Below are positions 39,595-49,172 of a stretch of 64,000 nucleotides of DNA, piece by piece (position 1 is the first letter of the stretch; every line of letters starts with the position of its first letter). The notes under the pieces were generated by a model. The model made no database searches. It had not been told where the DNA came from and worked only from the letters and a program-made list of their open reading frames with translations. Source of the stretch: an uncultured Rikenellaceae bacterium (GTDB lineage: Bacteria; Bacteroidota; Bacteroidia; Bacteroidales; VadinHA17); NCBI GenBank assembly GCA_964435015.1, contig CAYSXP010000001.1:344-64343 (forward strand), given 5' to 3'. Both the position numbers and the translations under genes were made by a program.

Positions 39595-40866
39595 ATGATG
39601 AAACAGAATGAATTTGGCAGGCGCAGGTTCCTTAAGAAGAGCACGGCTGCCCTTTTTGCTTTTACCATTGTTCCCAGGCATATTCTGGGAGGGACGGGCT
39701 ACACGGCTCCTTCCGACCAGCTCACCAAGGGAATTATCGGAGTTGGCGGCATGGGCCGCGGGCACATTGAATATGAGGGGACGCGGCTTCTTGCAGTCTG
39801 TGATGTGGATAAAAATCATCTGGCCCTGGCAATTGCGCAGGCAGGCGGAAAAGTTGACGCTTACCACGATTTCAGGGAGCTGCTGATGCGGCCTGATATT
39901 GATATAGTGCATATTGCGACGCCTCCGCACTGGCATGGCATTATTGCCAAAATGGCTGCAGAAGCCGGCAAGGACATATGGTGTGAAAAACCGATGACCA
40001 GGACGATAGGCGAGGGGATAAAACTGGTGAAGGCGGTTCAGGAACACGGAAGGATGTTCAGGCTGAACACATGGTTCAGGTTCAAGGACCAGTTCTACGG
40101 CCTGGGATCAACCGTTAAGCCGCTTAAGAAGCTTATTGACAGCGGTGTGCTTGGATGGCCGCTGAAAGTAACCGTCAGCGGTACCACGGGATATGACTGG
40201 AAATTCTTCTGGAGCGGCCTGCACAACCTCACGCCGATGCCTGTTCCTCCCGAGCTTGATTATGATTTCTGGCTCGGCCCCGCACCATATAAGCATTATA
40301 ATCCGGAAAGGGTGCACAACAAGTTCAGGGGATACTGGGACTATGACGGAGGCGGGCTGGGAGACATGGGGCAGCATTATCTCGACCCGGTGCAATACAT
40401 GCTCGGCGAGGATGATACGGGACCGGTATCGGTTGAAATAGATGCTCCCCAGCAGCATTATGATGCAGTGGGATCGTGGAGAAGAATAACCTACACCTAC
40501 GCCGACGGATGCAAAATAATACTCGATGGCGAGAACCGCGATAAGGACGCAGCATACATTGAAGGACCCCATGGTAAAATTTACAGGGGGTTCAGAACCG
40601 ACATAAAAGATGTACACAGGCTGATCGATTCCCTTCCCGATCCTGAACCTCAGATAGTGACGTTTTCCGAATCGGTCAGAACAAGGAAGAAATTTGCCCT
40701 TAACGAAGCCAACGGGCACAGGTCGTGTTCGATAGTCAATCTTGGGATTGTAGCTTTGCGGCTCGGAAGAAACCTGAAATATGATCCTGTGAAGCAGGAG
40801 TTCATTGATGATGAAGGTGCCAACAGGCTGATAAACCAACCCATGAGGGGAGAGTGGAAAATGTGA
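39595..40866 (+). CDS. Gfo/Idh/MocA family oxidoreductase with a twin-arginine signal
   Basis: MMKQNEFGRRRFLKKSTAALFAF is a TAT motif, and GIIGVGGMGRGH is a Rossmann fold. Length is 423 aa. Confidence 0.85.
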   Translation: MMKQNEFGRRRFLKKSTAALFAFTIVPRHILGGTGYTAPSDQLTKGIIGVGGMGRGHIEYEGTRLLAVCDVDKNHLALAIAQAGGKVDAYHDFRELLMRPDIDIVHIATPPHWHGIIAKMAAEAGKDIWCEKPMTRTIGEGIKLVKAVQEHGRMFRLNTWFRFKDQFYGLGSTVKPLKKLIDSGVLGWPLKVTVSGTTGYDWKFFWSGLHNLTPMPVPPELDYDFWLGPAPYKHYNPERVHNKFRGYWDYDGGGLGDMGQHYLDPVQYMLGEDDTGPVSVEIDAPQQHYDAVGSWRRITYTYADGCKIILDGENRDKDAAYIEGPHGKIYRGFRTDIKDVHRLIDSLPDPEPQIVTFSESVRTRKKFALNEANGHRSCSIVNLGIVALRLGRNLKYDPVKQEFIDDEGANRLINQPMRGEWKM

Positions 40867-40906
40867 TCAGGAACTGATGAATTGAATTACCGAAAAAAAT
40901 AAAAAA

Positions 40907-43900
40907 ATGAAAGTATTCAGAATTTTTTCATCCATAATATGTTTTGCAATCCTGTCATCGGGGCTTTATTCCCAGGACAGGAGAACGATCCCAACCAGGG
41001 TCGCGGATATTCTTGCGCAGTTCCCTGCCCGCGACAATCCTACAACCGATAAGCTTATGACTGATCTGCTTTCGCTGGGTGATGAAGGACTCAGGATGGT
41101 CTGCGACCAGATCATTCCGGCGGGGACAGGCGATGATACCCGGGCAAGGTTTGCCATGGAAAGTCTGTCGCGATATCTGTCGCAAGGAGAAAAAGGTGAC
41201 CCGAAATCATCATGGGAGAAAATATGCATATCGTATGTTAACAGCCGGAGGAGCAGCGATGTCAGGGATTTTTTCATGAAGCAGCTTCAGCTTGTGGGAA
41301 GCGATGTGTCGGTGGAGGCTGTCGGGGCTTTGCTGGCTGACAGGGCCCTGTGTGCTCCGGCTCTCGGAGTATTGGAATCCGTGGGAGGGAAGCTGGCGGA
41401 ATCGATTCTTGCCCGGTCACTGTCCGGCCAGGATCTTCCCTGTGCTGACGCCGTGATGAACGCACTGGCGGGAATGGGATCGGACATCGCAGTAAATGAA
41501 TATATAGCACGTGTAAATGACCCTGATCCCAGGATCAGGACTGCTGCCCTGAATGCACTTGCCTGCAGCGGAAGCCCGCTGGCCCTGCCGGTACTGTCGA
41601 AAGCAGCAAAGGATGTCCTTTACAGGTGGGAGCCGGCAGGTGCAACGGAAGCATTGCTGACCTATGCAGGCAATGCCGGATCAAAAGGCGATCTGAAAAC
41701 CATGGATAAGATCTGTAAGCTCTTTATGACCAAGGCCAATGACAGGCTTTCAGTTCAGAACAAAACGCGCGCCCTTGTAATATATGCCGCCTGGCACGGG
41801 ACCGATGCAATGAAGGAGCTTAAAAAGGCTGCTTCCAGCCCTGACAAATCATACAGAAATGCGGCTTTAAGGGCATCGCTTGCAATACCGGGAAATGAGA
41901 TCACAAAACAATGGACAGACTATTTCCCGAAAGCCATTCCCGCTGCAAAACCTGAGATCATTGCCATGCTGGGAGAAAGAGGCGATGAAACTGCCATGCA
42001 GCTTATTACAGCTTCACTGTCATCAAATGACAGGGGGGTGCGAACGGAAGCAGCACATGCCCTGGCTGTGATCAGCGGCGGCAGGGCTGTGCCTGCAATA
42101 ATTGAGTATCTCAGGAAATACCCTGATCAGGAAGATCAGAATGCTGCCAGGGATGCACTGATTTTCATATCGGGCGACAAGGAGACAGAGATGCTTGTAC
42201 CCGTCGTCAGGGAAGGGCCCGGATATGCAAAGGCAACTGCAATCGGACTCCTTGCACGGAGTAAGGTAAATGAGTATTTCAGTCTGGTCAGGCCTTTTAC
42301 TTCATCAGATGATGAGAACGTCAGATCTGCCGCATATAAGGCGCTTGCCGACCTTGCCGGCCCGGTGGATCAGCCGGCCCTTATTGAGCTGATCAGGAAA
42401 ACCGGGAACAGGGATCATATATCCGATGTTCAGGCAGCTCTTGCATCAGCGGCAGCAAAGATCACTGATCCTGAGAAGAGGTCAGATGTGATTCTCAAAG
42501 CGATGGGAAACAATGAAGACAGGGAAAAGCTTATTCCCGTACTTGCAAAGACCGGAGGAAGGACGGCCCTCAAAACCGTGCTGAATGAGTTTGAAAACGG
42601 GAACGCTGGAATGAGGGATATCTGTTTTAACACCCTCACTTCATGGAAGGATTACACTGCTTCATCGGCACTGTATGAAATTTGTTCATCGGGAAATAAA
42701 ACCTTTGAGGAGCCCGCCTTCAGGGCATATGTATCCCAGATAAGGGGTGCAGATATTAACGACGATCAGAAACTTCTTGCTTTCAGGAAAATCATGCCCT
42801 TTGCCCTGAGTGCTGAAAGAAAAAACAGTGTATTGAACCAGGTTGCGGCGCTGAGGACCTATCAGGCTCTTTTCTTTGCCGCAGGCTTTCTTGATGATCC
42901 GTCCACCGCCCCTGCCGCAGCAAGGGCGGCTATGAATATTGCACTTCCTCCTGCAGGAGAAGAGAGCGGTATGTATGGCCGCCTGGTGAGGGAGATCCTT
43001 GAAAAAGCTTCAGGAAAGCTGACTGGTGCAGAAAGTGACTATGAAAGGGAGATGATTGCCAAATATCTTTCCTCCATGCCGCCTGATGAGGGATTCAGAC
43101 CGATGTTCAACGGAAAGGATCTGACGGGCTGGCAGGGGCTTGTTGAGAATCCGATAGTGAGGTCGAAGATGAAAAAGACGGATCTTGCCCGCAGACAGGC
43201 TGAAGCAAACGCCCTTGTACCAGCCAGCTGGAGCGTAAGGGACGGCTGCATCTGGTTCAACGGAAGCGGCGACAATCTTTGCTCGGTTGATGATTACGGT
43301 GATTTTGAGTTGCTTGTCGACTGGAAGATTACCAGGGGAGGAGACAGCGGTATTTATCTCCGCGGATCGCCGCAGGTGCAGATATGGGATACATCCCGTA
43401 CCAATGTCGGAGCCCGGGTGGGTTCGGGCGGATTGTACAACAATCAGGTGAATGCTTCAAAACCGCTTATGGTTGCCGATAATCCCGTGGGAGACTGGAA
43501 CAGCTTCAGAATACTAATGACCGGCGAAAATGTTTCTATATGGCTCAATGGCCTCCTTGTTGTTGACAATGTTGTTCTGGAAAATTACTGGGACCGCAGG
43601 ATACCTATTTTCCCAAGGGGTCCGATTGAACTTCAGGCTCATGGCACCGATCTGGCCTTCAGGGATATATATGTCAGGGAGATCACTGATAAGGACTACA
43701 ATCTCACACCTGAAGAAAAAGCCGAAGGATTTGTATCACTGTTTAACGGGAGGAATCTCGACGGCTGGGTGGGGAACAAGCAGTCGTATGTTGCAGAAGA
43801 TGGCATGATCGTGATCAGGCCGGAATCGGACAGCGGTGGGAACCTTTATACCGAAGGGGAGTATTCAGATTTCATTTTCAGATTTGAGTTTCAGCTTACA

Positions 43901-44311
43901 CCTGCAGCGAATAACGGGCTGGGAATCCGCGCACCCCTGGGGGGCGATGCGGCCTATGCCGGCATGGAACTGCAGATCCTTGACAATACTGCCGGGGTTT
44001 ATTCAAAATTGCAGCCTTACCAGTACCACGGGTCGGTTTACGGAGTGATCCCGGCAAAGCGCGGTTACCTCAAACCCGTTGGGGAATGGAACTATCAGGA
44101 GGTTGTTGCCAAAGGGACCAGGATAAAGGTGGTCCTTAACGGAACCGTGATTCTTGACGGGGATATTGCAGGACCCAGGGACAAGGGGACAATGGATAAA
44201 AATGACCATCCGGGTTTAAGGAATAAAACAGGGCATATCGGTTTTCTCGGGCACGGGTCACTTGTCAGATTCCGGAACATAAGGATCAAAGATCTGGCAG
44301 GACAGGATTGA
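40907..44311 (+). CDS. Secreted HEAT-repeat protein with two C-terminal DUF1080 (3-keto-disaccharide hydrolase-like) domains
   Basis: Signal peptide, then about 700 aa of Ala/Leu-rich HEAT-like repeats. Two jelly-roll modules follow, each starting FNGKDLTGWQG / FNGRNLDGWVG and ending LQAHGTDLAFRDIYVREI / GFLGHGSLVRFRNIRIKDL. Confidence 0.75.
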   Translation: MKVFRIFSSIICFAILSSGLYSQDRRTIPTRVADILAQFPARDNPTTDKLMTDLLSLGDEGLRMVCDQIIPAGTGDDTRARFAMESLSRYLSQGEKGDPKSSWEKICISYVNSRRSSDVRDFFMKQLQLVGSDVSVEAVGALLADRALCAPALGVLESVGGKLAESILARSLSGQDLPCADAVMNALAGMGSDIAVNEYIARVNDPDPRIRTAALNALACSGSPLALPVLSKAAKDVLYRWEPAGATEALLTYAGNAGSKGDLKTMDKICKLFMTKANDRLSVQNKTRALVIYAAWHGTDAMKELKKAASSPDKSYRNAALRASLAIPGNEITKQWTDYFPKAIPAAKPEIIAMLGERGDETAMQLITASLSSNDRGVRTEAAHALAVISGGRAVPAIIEYLRKYPDQEDQNAARDALIFISGDKETEMLVPVVREGPGYAKATAIGLLARSKVNEYFSLVRPFTSSDDENVRSAAYKALADLAGPVDQPALIELIRKTGNRDHISDVQAALASAAAKITDPEKRSDVILKAMGNNEDREKLIPVLAKTGGRTALKTVLNEFENGNAGMRDICFNTLTSWKDYTASSALYEICSSGNKTFEEPAFRAYVSQIRGADINDDQKLLAFRKIMPFALSAERKNSVLNQVAALRTYQALFFAAGFLDDPSTAPAAARAAMNIALPPAGEESGMYGRLVREILEKASGKLTGAESDYEREMIAKYLSSMPPDEGFRPMFNGKDLTGWQGLVENPIVRSKMKKTDLARRQAEANALVPASWSVRDGCIWFNGSGDNLCSVDDYGDFELLVDWKITRGGDSGIYLRGSPQVQIWDTSRTNVGARVGSGGLYNNQVNASKPLMVADNPVGDWNSFRILMTGENVSIWLNGLLVVDNVVLENYWDRRIPIFPRGPIELQAHGTDLAFRDIYVREITDKDYNLTPEEKAEGFVSLFNGRNLDGWVGNKQSYVAEDGMIVIRPESDSGGNLYTEGEYSDFIFRFEFQLTPAANNGLGIRAPLGGDAAYAGMELQILDNTAGVYSKLQPYQYHGSVYGVIPAKRGYLKPVGEWNYQEVVAKGTRIKVVLNGTVILDGDIAGPRDKGTMDKNDHPGLRNKTGHIGFLGHGSLVRFRNIRIKDLAGQD

Positions 44312-44440
44312 ATTGAACAAACCGCAGAGGGATCAGCCGCAGCGGCTACCTGGCTGGATTCATTGGATCCCCGGGGATTTGAATGGAACTTTTTTACAGC
44401 AGGCGTATAGAAAAATAATCAGAATACATATCACTGCCTT

Positions 44441-45886
44441 ATGAAACAGGTTAACACACTGCTTTTTGCTTTTCTGCTGATAACCGGATGTGCAGAAGTT
44501 GCACCTCCCGAACCTTTTGGCCCGCTTCCGTCTGACCGCCAGCTTGCGTGGCATGGGAAGGAGTATTACATGTTTGTACATTTTACTGTTAATACTTTCA
44601 CAGACAAGGAGTGGGGCTACGGCGATGAAAAGGAAGCGGTGTTCAATCCCACGGCGCCCGACTGCCGGCAGTGGGCAAAAACGGCAAGGGACGCAGGCAT
44701 GAAAGGCATAATCATAACCGCAAAGCATCATGACGGGTTTTGCCTGTGGCCCTCGGCATACACAGATCATTCGGTCAGAAACTCACCCTGGAGGAACGGA
44801 AAGGGAGACATTCTGAAAGATCTCAGGCAGGCCTGTGATGAGTTTGGGCTCGAACTCGGGGTTTATCTTTCACCATGGGACAGGAACAGCGCCGTTTACG
44901 GGTCAGCCGAATACCTTACCTATTACAGGAATCAGCTCAGGGAACTGCTTACGGGCTACGGGGATATTTTTGAGGTATGGTTTGACGGGGCCAACGGCGG
45001 CGATGGTTATTACGGAGGCGCAAGGGAAACCCGCCGGATCGACAACAGTACCTATTATGACTGGCCCGTTACCCATTCGATAGTGAGGGAACTGCAGCCG
45101 ATGGCTGTGATGTTCAGCGATGCCGGGCCCGATGTGCGCTGGGTGGGGAATGAAAGCGGCATGGGTAGCCTTACAAACTGGTGCCTTCTTAAAAAGGACG
45201 GGATGTATCCCGGAGGTGATTTTGCCAGGATCCTTGGGGAGGGCCATGAGGACGGAAATTACTGGGTTCCCGCCGAAGTGGATGTTTCAATCCGCCCCGG
45301 ATGGTTTTATCACGAACCGGAGGACTCACTCGTGCGGACCCCTGAAAACCTGATGGAGCTGTATTATTCCTCTGTTGGCCGGAACAGTAACCTGCTGCTT
45401 AATGTGCCACCCGACAGAAGGGGCCTGCTTAATGAGAAAGATGTGAATTCACTTCTTGAGTTCAGGAAGCTGCGTGAAATGGAATTTGCAAACGAGCTGG
45501 CCAGAGGTAAAAAGGCCACCTCTTCCTCCGGCAGGGGAAAAAACTTCAGGGCCGCCCGCGCCATTGATGGCGATCCTGAGACATACTGGACAACCCGTGA
45601 TGATGTTACCTCCGCCAGCATCACAATTGACCTTGGCACTGAAACCGGGGTTAACAGGATCCTCATCCAGGAATACATCAGACTGGGCCAGCGTGTCAAA
45701 CGATACAAGGTTGAAGTATTGCAGGACGATAAATGGATGTCTGTGGCTGAGGGTACAACGGTTGGATACAAGGTGATCCGTAAGTTCCCGGCGGTCAGGA
45801 CAAAAAAAGTACGACTGACAATCCTTGACTCAAAGGCCTGTCCGGTCATATCGAATATTGAACTTTTCCGTTCGCCGGGGGAATAA
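44441..45886 (+). CDS. GH29 alpha-L-fucosidase with a C-terminal F5/8 type C (discoidin) domain
   Basis: Lipoprotein signal (LLITGC), AKHHDGFCLWPS, VWFDGANGG, and C-terminal AIDGDPETYWTT. Confidence 0.88.
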   Translation: MKQVNTLLFAFLLITGCAEVAPPEPFGPLPSDRQLAWHGKEYYMFVHFTVNTFTDKEWGYGDEKEAVFNPTAPDCRQWAKTARDAGMKGIIITAKHHDGFCLWPSAYTDHSVRNSPWRNGKGDILKDLRQACDEFGLELGVYLSPWDRNSAVYGSAEYLTYYRNQLRELLTGYGDIFEVWFDGANGGDGYYGGARETRRIDNSTYYDWPVTHSIVRELQPMAVMFSDAGPDVRWVGNESGMGSLTNWCLLKKDGMYPGGDFARILGEGHEDGNYWVPAEVDVSIRPGWFYHEPEDSLVRTPENLMELYYSSVGRNSNLLLNVPPDRRGLLNEKDVNSLLEFRKLREMEFANELARGKKATSSSGRGKNFRAARAIDGDPETYWTTRDDVTSASITIDLGTETGVNRILIQEYIRLGQRVKRYKVEVLQDDKWMSVAEGTTVGYKVIRKFPAVRTKKVRLTILDSKACPVISNIELFRSPGE

Positions 45887-45908
45887 TACCGGAGGATGTT
45901 CCTGCAGG

Positions 45909-46571
45909 TTATTTTGAAGGAATTCCCACTGTCTGCGACAGCAATATCCTCTGCATGGGCCGCAGGTTCATTTCCTTTGCGAGCCTTTCCTTAGGGATGC
46001 TGCCCCGGATAACACAACCCAGGTTTTCCGATGCGCAGAAAAGATAAATATTCTGTCCGATGAATGCACAGTCGGCATAAGGCATGAAAAGGTCAGAATC
46101 ATTTATCTGGTCGCCCTCCTTTTTTCCGCATTTTGTCAGATCAGCCACATATATCAGGTTGACAGGCGCATCAGCAACAAACCCCTGGGTGCCGCACACC
46201 TTCCTGATGTCCCTGTTGTGTACCTGCCTGAGGAGATTGGATTCAGCGTCATAGATATAGAGGCCTGAAGCCATGGAAACATAAACGTCTGTTTCCTGCC
46301 AGTTTACGGCCGACGGCGCTGTCCTTTTCCCGATGTCGGGGCGGTTGATCCCGAACCCTGCCCAAAGGAGACCGGAGATCTGCTGCAGGGAAAGATCATC
46401 TTTTTTAAAGTCGCGTGTTGTGCTCCTTTCATTCAATGCCTGCATCAGCGGCTTTCCTCCTGTTTTTTGAGGAGAAGGCAGGACAATATCCTGGCCGGAA
46501 AGCCCGGATGACATGTAAATCATCAGGGTCAGGGTGAACAACAGTCTTGGGGATTTGAGATTTTCCATCAT
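45909..46571 (-). CDS. Nitroreductase-family protein with an N-terminal signal peptide
   Basis: LNERSTTRDFKKDDLSLQQISGLLWAGFGINRP is typical of nitroreductase/SagB-like folds. A hydrophobic N-terminal leader is present. Confidence 0.7.
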   Translation of the reverse strand: MMENLKSPRLLFTLTLMIYMSSGLSGQDIVLPSPQKTGGKPLMQALNERSTTRDFKKDDLSLQQISGLLWAGFGINRPDIGKRTAPSAVNWQETDVYVSMASGLYIYDAESNLLRQVHNRDIRKVCGTQGFVADAPVNLIYVADLTKCGKKEGDQINDSDLFMPYADCAFIGQNIYLFCASENLGCVIRGSIPKERLAKEMNLRPMQRILLSQTVGIPSK

Positions 46572-46695
46572 GGTATGTTTTCAGATTAGCAAACAAAGAT
46601 CACAAATAATTCCGGTAAATGTTGCATCATTGGTTTTTTTGGAATGTTAGTTATATCCATTTTAATTATCTTTCGGCAAATAATTTCATTTTCAA

Positions 46696-46740
46696 ATGAC
46701 ATCCGCATGATTTTTCTCAGGAAGGAATACATGAGGATCC
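46696..46740 (+). repeat. Short hairpin repeat, copy E2
   Basis: ATGACATCCGCATGA-[N19]-CATGAGGATCC. The stem ATCCGCATG/CATGAGGAT pairs at 8 of 9 positions. The 5' arm is nearly identical to that of copy B (ATGAATCCGCATGA). Confidence 0.45.
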
Positions 46741-46844
46741 TGTTCATTATCAACCGGGCCCGCCGGGCCGTCGGAGACAGCAACGTGCGGTTTTCCCGTT
46801 TTCCGGGGGGCAGGCGCCCGGCTTTAATAAACACATTATTTACC

Positions 46845-46907
46845 GATGAAACCCACATGATACAAAATCACAAACAAGCATGAAAATAAAATTCATGTGG
46901 GTTCCAT
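46845..46907 (+). repeat. Hairpin repeat, copy E (upstream of proC)
   Basis: GATGAAACCCACATGA-[TACAAAATCACAAACAAGCATGAAAATAAAAT]-TCATGTGGGTTCCAT. The 15-nt 5' terminus and 14-nt 3' terminus are identical to copy C. It ends 42 nt before ATG 46950. Confidence 0.75.
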
Positions 46908-46949
46908 TCGAACCACTTAATCTTCAGTAGTATATTAATTTATTTTCAC

Positions 46950-47777
46950 ATGAAAAACATGAAGATTGCGATTCTTGGCGGAGGAAATATTGGTACTTCA
47001 CTTGCCGGAGGATTGATTAAATCAAAATTATGCGACTATGACAGTATTATGATCACGGATAAGCGGGAGGCAAGGCTCAGTTATCTGGGGGGCAGGGGGT
47101 TCAGGACCTCATCAGACAACAGGGAAGCGGTTGGTTTTGCCGATTGTGTGATACTTTCGGTCAAACCCCAGCAGTTCGAGGGTTTGTCGGAGGAAATAAT
47201 GGATTCCGCCGGCAGGGATAAGATCATTATATCAACCATTACCGGAATTGGGTTCACTGATCTGGAGAAGCGCCTGGGAAAGAGGGAGCTGATCAGGATC
47301 ATGCCCAATACGGCGCTTGAGATATGTGAATCGATGACGTGCATTTCATTCAGGAATACTGACAGGGGTACTGAAGAATCGATAGTCGCACTCTTCGACC
47401 GGCTTGGAAAAACCATGGTGATACCCGAGGATCTTATGAGTGCAGCGACGGTTATAGGCGCTTGCGGGGTGGCATTTGCCCTCAGGTTCATGAGAGCCAT
47501 GTCGCAGGGCGGGATCGAAATAGGTTTCAATTCGGAGGTCTCACAGATTATCACGGCACAAACCGTAAAGGGTGCGGCCCGGCTTATGCTTGAGACCTTA
47601 AATCATCCGGAAAGTGAGATCGACAAGGTAACCACGCCGCAGGGAATAACCATTTCGGGGCTCAATGAGATGGAACACCAGGGCCTCAGTTCTGCCGTTA
47701 TCCGCGGGCTGACAACATCGTTCAACAAACTTGAAAGTATGCTTTCCGGATCCGGGAACCACAATGTCCTGAGATGA
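46950..47777 (+). CDS. proC: Pyrroline-5-carboxylate reductase
   Basis: MKIAILGGGNIGTSLAGGL NAD fold, ILSVKPQQ, and C-terminal VTTPQGITISGL, typical of ProC. Confidence 0.88.
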   Translation: MKNMKIAILGGGNIGTSLAGGLIKSKLCDYDSIMITDKREARLSYLGGRGFRTSSDNREAVGFADCVILSVKPQQFEGLSEEIMDSAGRDKIIISTITGIGFTDLEKRLGKRELIRIMPNTALEICESMTCISFRNTDRGTEESIVALFDRLGKTMVIPEDLMSAATVIGACGVAFALRFMRAMSQGGIEIGFNSEVSQIITAQTVKGAARLMLETLNHPESEIDKVTTPQGITISGLNEMEHQGLSSAVIRGLTTSFNKLESMLSGSGNHNVLR

Positions 47778-47812
47778 AAGCTCCCTGAATATTCATGTTC
47801 AATTAAGCTCCA

Positions 47813-49048
47813 ATGGCATTAAACTATATCTGGATCGCATTTTTTCTCATTGGTTTCACGGTGGCCCTTGTCAAGCTGATCTTTACCGGCAACACACAAA
47901 TCTTCACCGACCTGGTCAATGCCGTGTTTACAAATGCAAAAACAGGCTTTGAGATTTCCATCGGCCTCACGGGAGCCCTTACCCTCTGGATGGGACTTCT
48001 TAAGGTAGGGGAGAAAGGAGGAGTGGTCAGAATTCTTGGGCGTGCCGTGGGCCCGCTTTTCGAAAGGCTTTTTCCCGGCCTCCCCAGGGGGCATCCTGCA
48101 TATGGATCCATAATGCTCAACATAGCAGCCAACATGCTGAACCTCGACAATGCAGCCACTCCGGTCGGACTTAAGGCCATGAAGGAAATGCAGGAAGCAA
48201 ATCCTGAAAAGGATACTGCATCGAATGCGCAGATAATGTTCCTTGTTCTCAATGCATCGGGCCTGACAATAATTCCCGTAAGTGTGATTGTTTACAGGAT
48301 GCAGATGGGGGCAGCCAATCCGGCCGACATTTTCATTCCCATCCTTATCTCCACGTTCTGCGCCCTGATGACCGGGCTTCTGAGCGTGGCAATTATTCAG
48401 AAGATCAATCTTTTCGACAGGGTTGTGCTGGCATATCTGGGCGGACTCACAGCAATTGTTGCAGGCATAATCATTTATTTTACCAGGCTGCCAAAGGATC
48501 AGATCTCAGAAGTCTCGACTTTCTCAGCAAATTTCATCCTTATTTCGGTGATCACCCTTTTCATCGTCCTGGCCCTCATTAAAAAGGTCAATGTATATGA
48601 TGCATTTATTGAGGGAGCAAAGGAGGGTTTCAATATTGCTGTCAGGATAATCCCTTTCCTTGTGGCCATACTTGTTGCAATAGGTATTTTCAGGGCATCG
48701 GGAGCAATGGATTTCATCATTTCCGGCATTGCCGGTTTCTTTGAAATGCTTGGCATTGACACGGAGTTTACCGGGGCCCTGCCGGTTGCCTTCATGAAGC
48801 CGCTCAGCGGCAGCGGGGCCCGCGGCCTGATGGTCGACGCGATGGCCACCTACGGCCCTGATTCATTTACAGGCAGACTCGCCTGTACAATGCAGGGCAC
48901 AACTGATACAACATTCTACATAATAGCTGTTTATTTCGGATCGGTTGGCATTAAAAACACCAGGTATGCAATAGGCTGCGGACTGCTTGCCGACCTGGTG
49001 GGTTTCACCGCAGCGATTCTTATTGCCTATCTGTTTTTCGGACAATGA
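47813..49048 (+). CDS. Nucleoside-recognition domain membrane protein (fused SpmA/SpmB-like)
   Basis: 411 aa polytopic membrane protein. MALNYIWIAFFLIG..., LNLDNAATPVGLKAM and MKPLSGSGARG are typical of the SpmA/SpmB family. Confidence 0.75.
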   Translation: MALNYIWIAFFLIGFTVALVKLIFTGNTQIFTDLVNAVFTNAKTGFEISIGLTGALTLWMGLLKVGEKGGVVRILGRAVGPLFERLFPGLPRGHPAYGSIMLNIAANMLNLDNAATPVGLKAMKEMQEANPEKDTASNAQIMFLVLNASGLTIIPVSVIVYRMQMGAANPADIFIPILISTFCALMTGLLSVAIIQKINLFDRVVLAYLGGLTAIVAGIIIYFTRLPKDQISEVSTFSANFILISVITLFIVLALIKKVNVYDAFIEGAKEGFNIAVRIIPFLVAILVAIGIFRASGAMDFIISGIAGFFEMLGIDTEFTGALPVAFMKPLSGSGARGLMVDAMATYGPDSFTGRLACTMQGTTDTTFYIIAVYFGSVGIKNTRYAIGCGLLADLVGFTAAILIAYLFFGQ

Positions 49049-49081
49049 ATTTCTATGACCATACGCCGGCCTTGAATTTTC

Positions 49082-49099
49082 CTGTTAAGGAATTAACAG
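49082..49099. promoter_or_regulatory. Palindrome CTGTTAAGGAATTAACAG (TGTTAA-N4-TTAACA) upstream of gntP
   Basis: Perfect 7-bp arms with a 4-nt spacer, ending 73 nt before ATG 49173. It has the same half-sites as the palindromes in the hydrogenase promoter region. Confidence 0.4.
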
Positions 49100-49172
49100 T
49101 GAAAAGGGAGATTTTCAATCCCGGCAGGGTTGTTGAATCAGTAAGTGAAATATATTTCTGCATCTGCCGGAC

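Noticed and set aside
39550-40839. Minus-strand ORFs 39550..40047 and 40108..40839 (165 and 243 aa).
   Set aside because: They are antisense to the Gfo/Idh/MocA gene, which has clear TAT and Rossmann motifs. Their translations are Arg/Pro-rich shadow ORFs.
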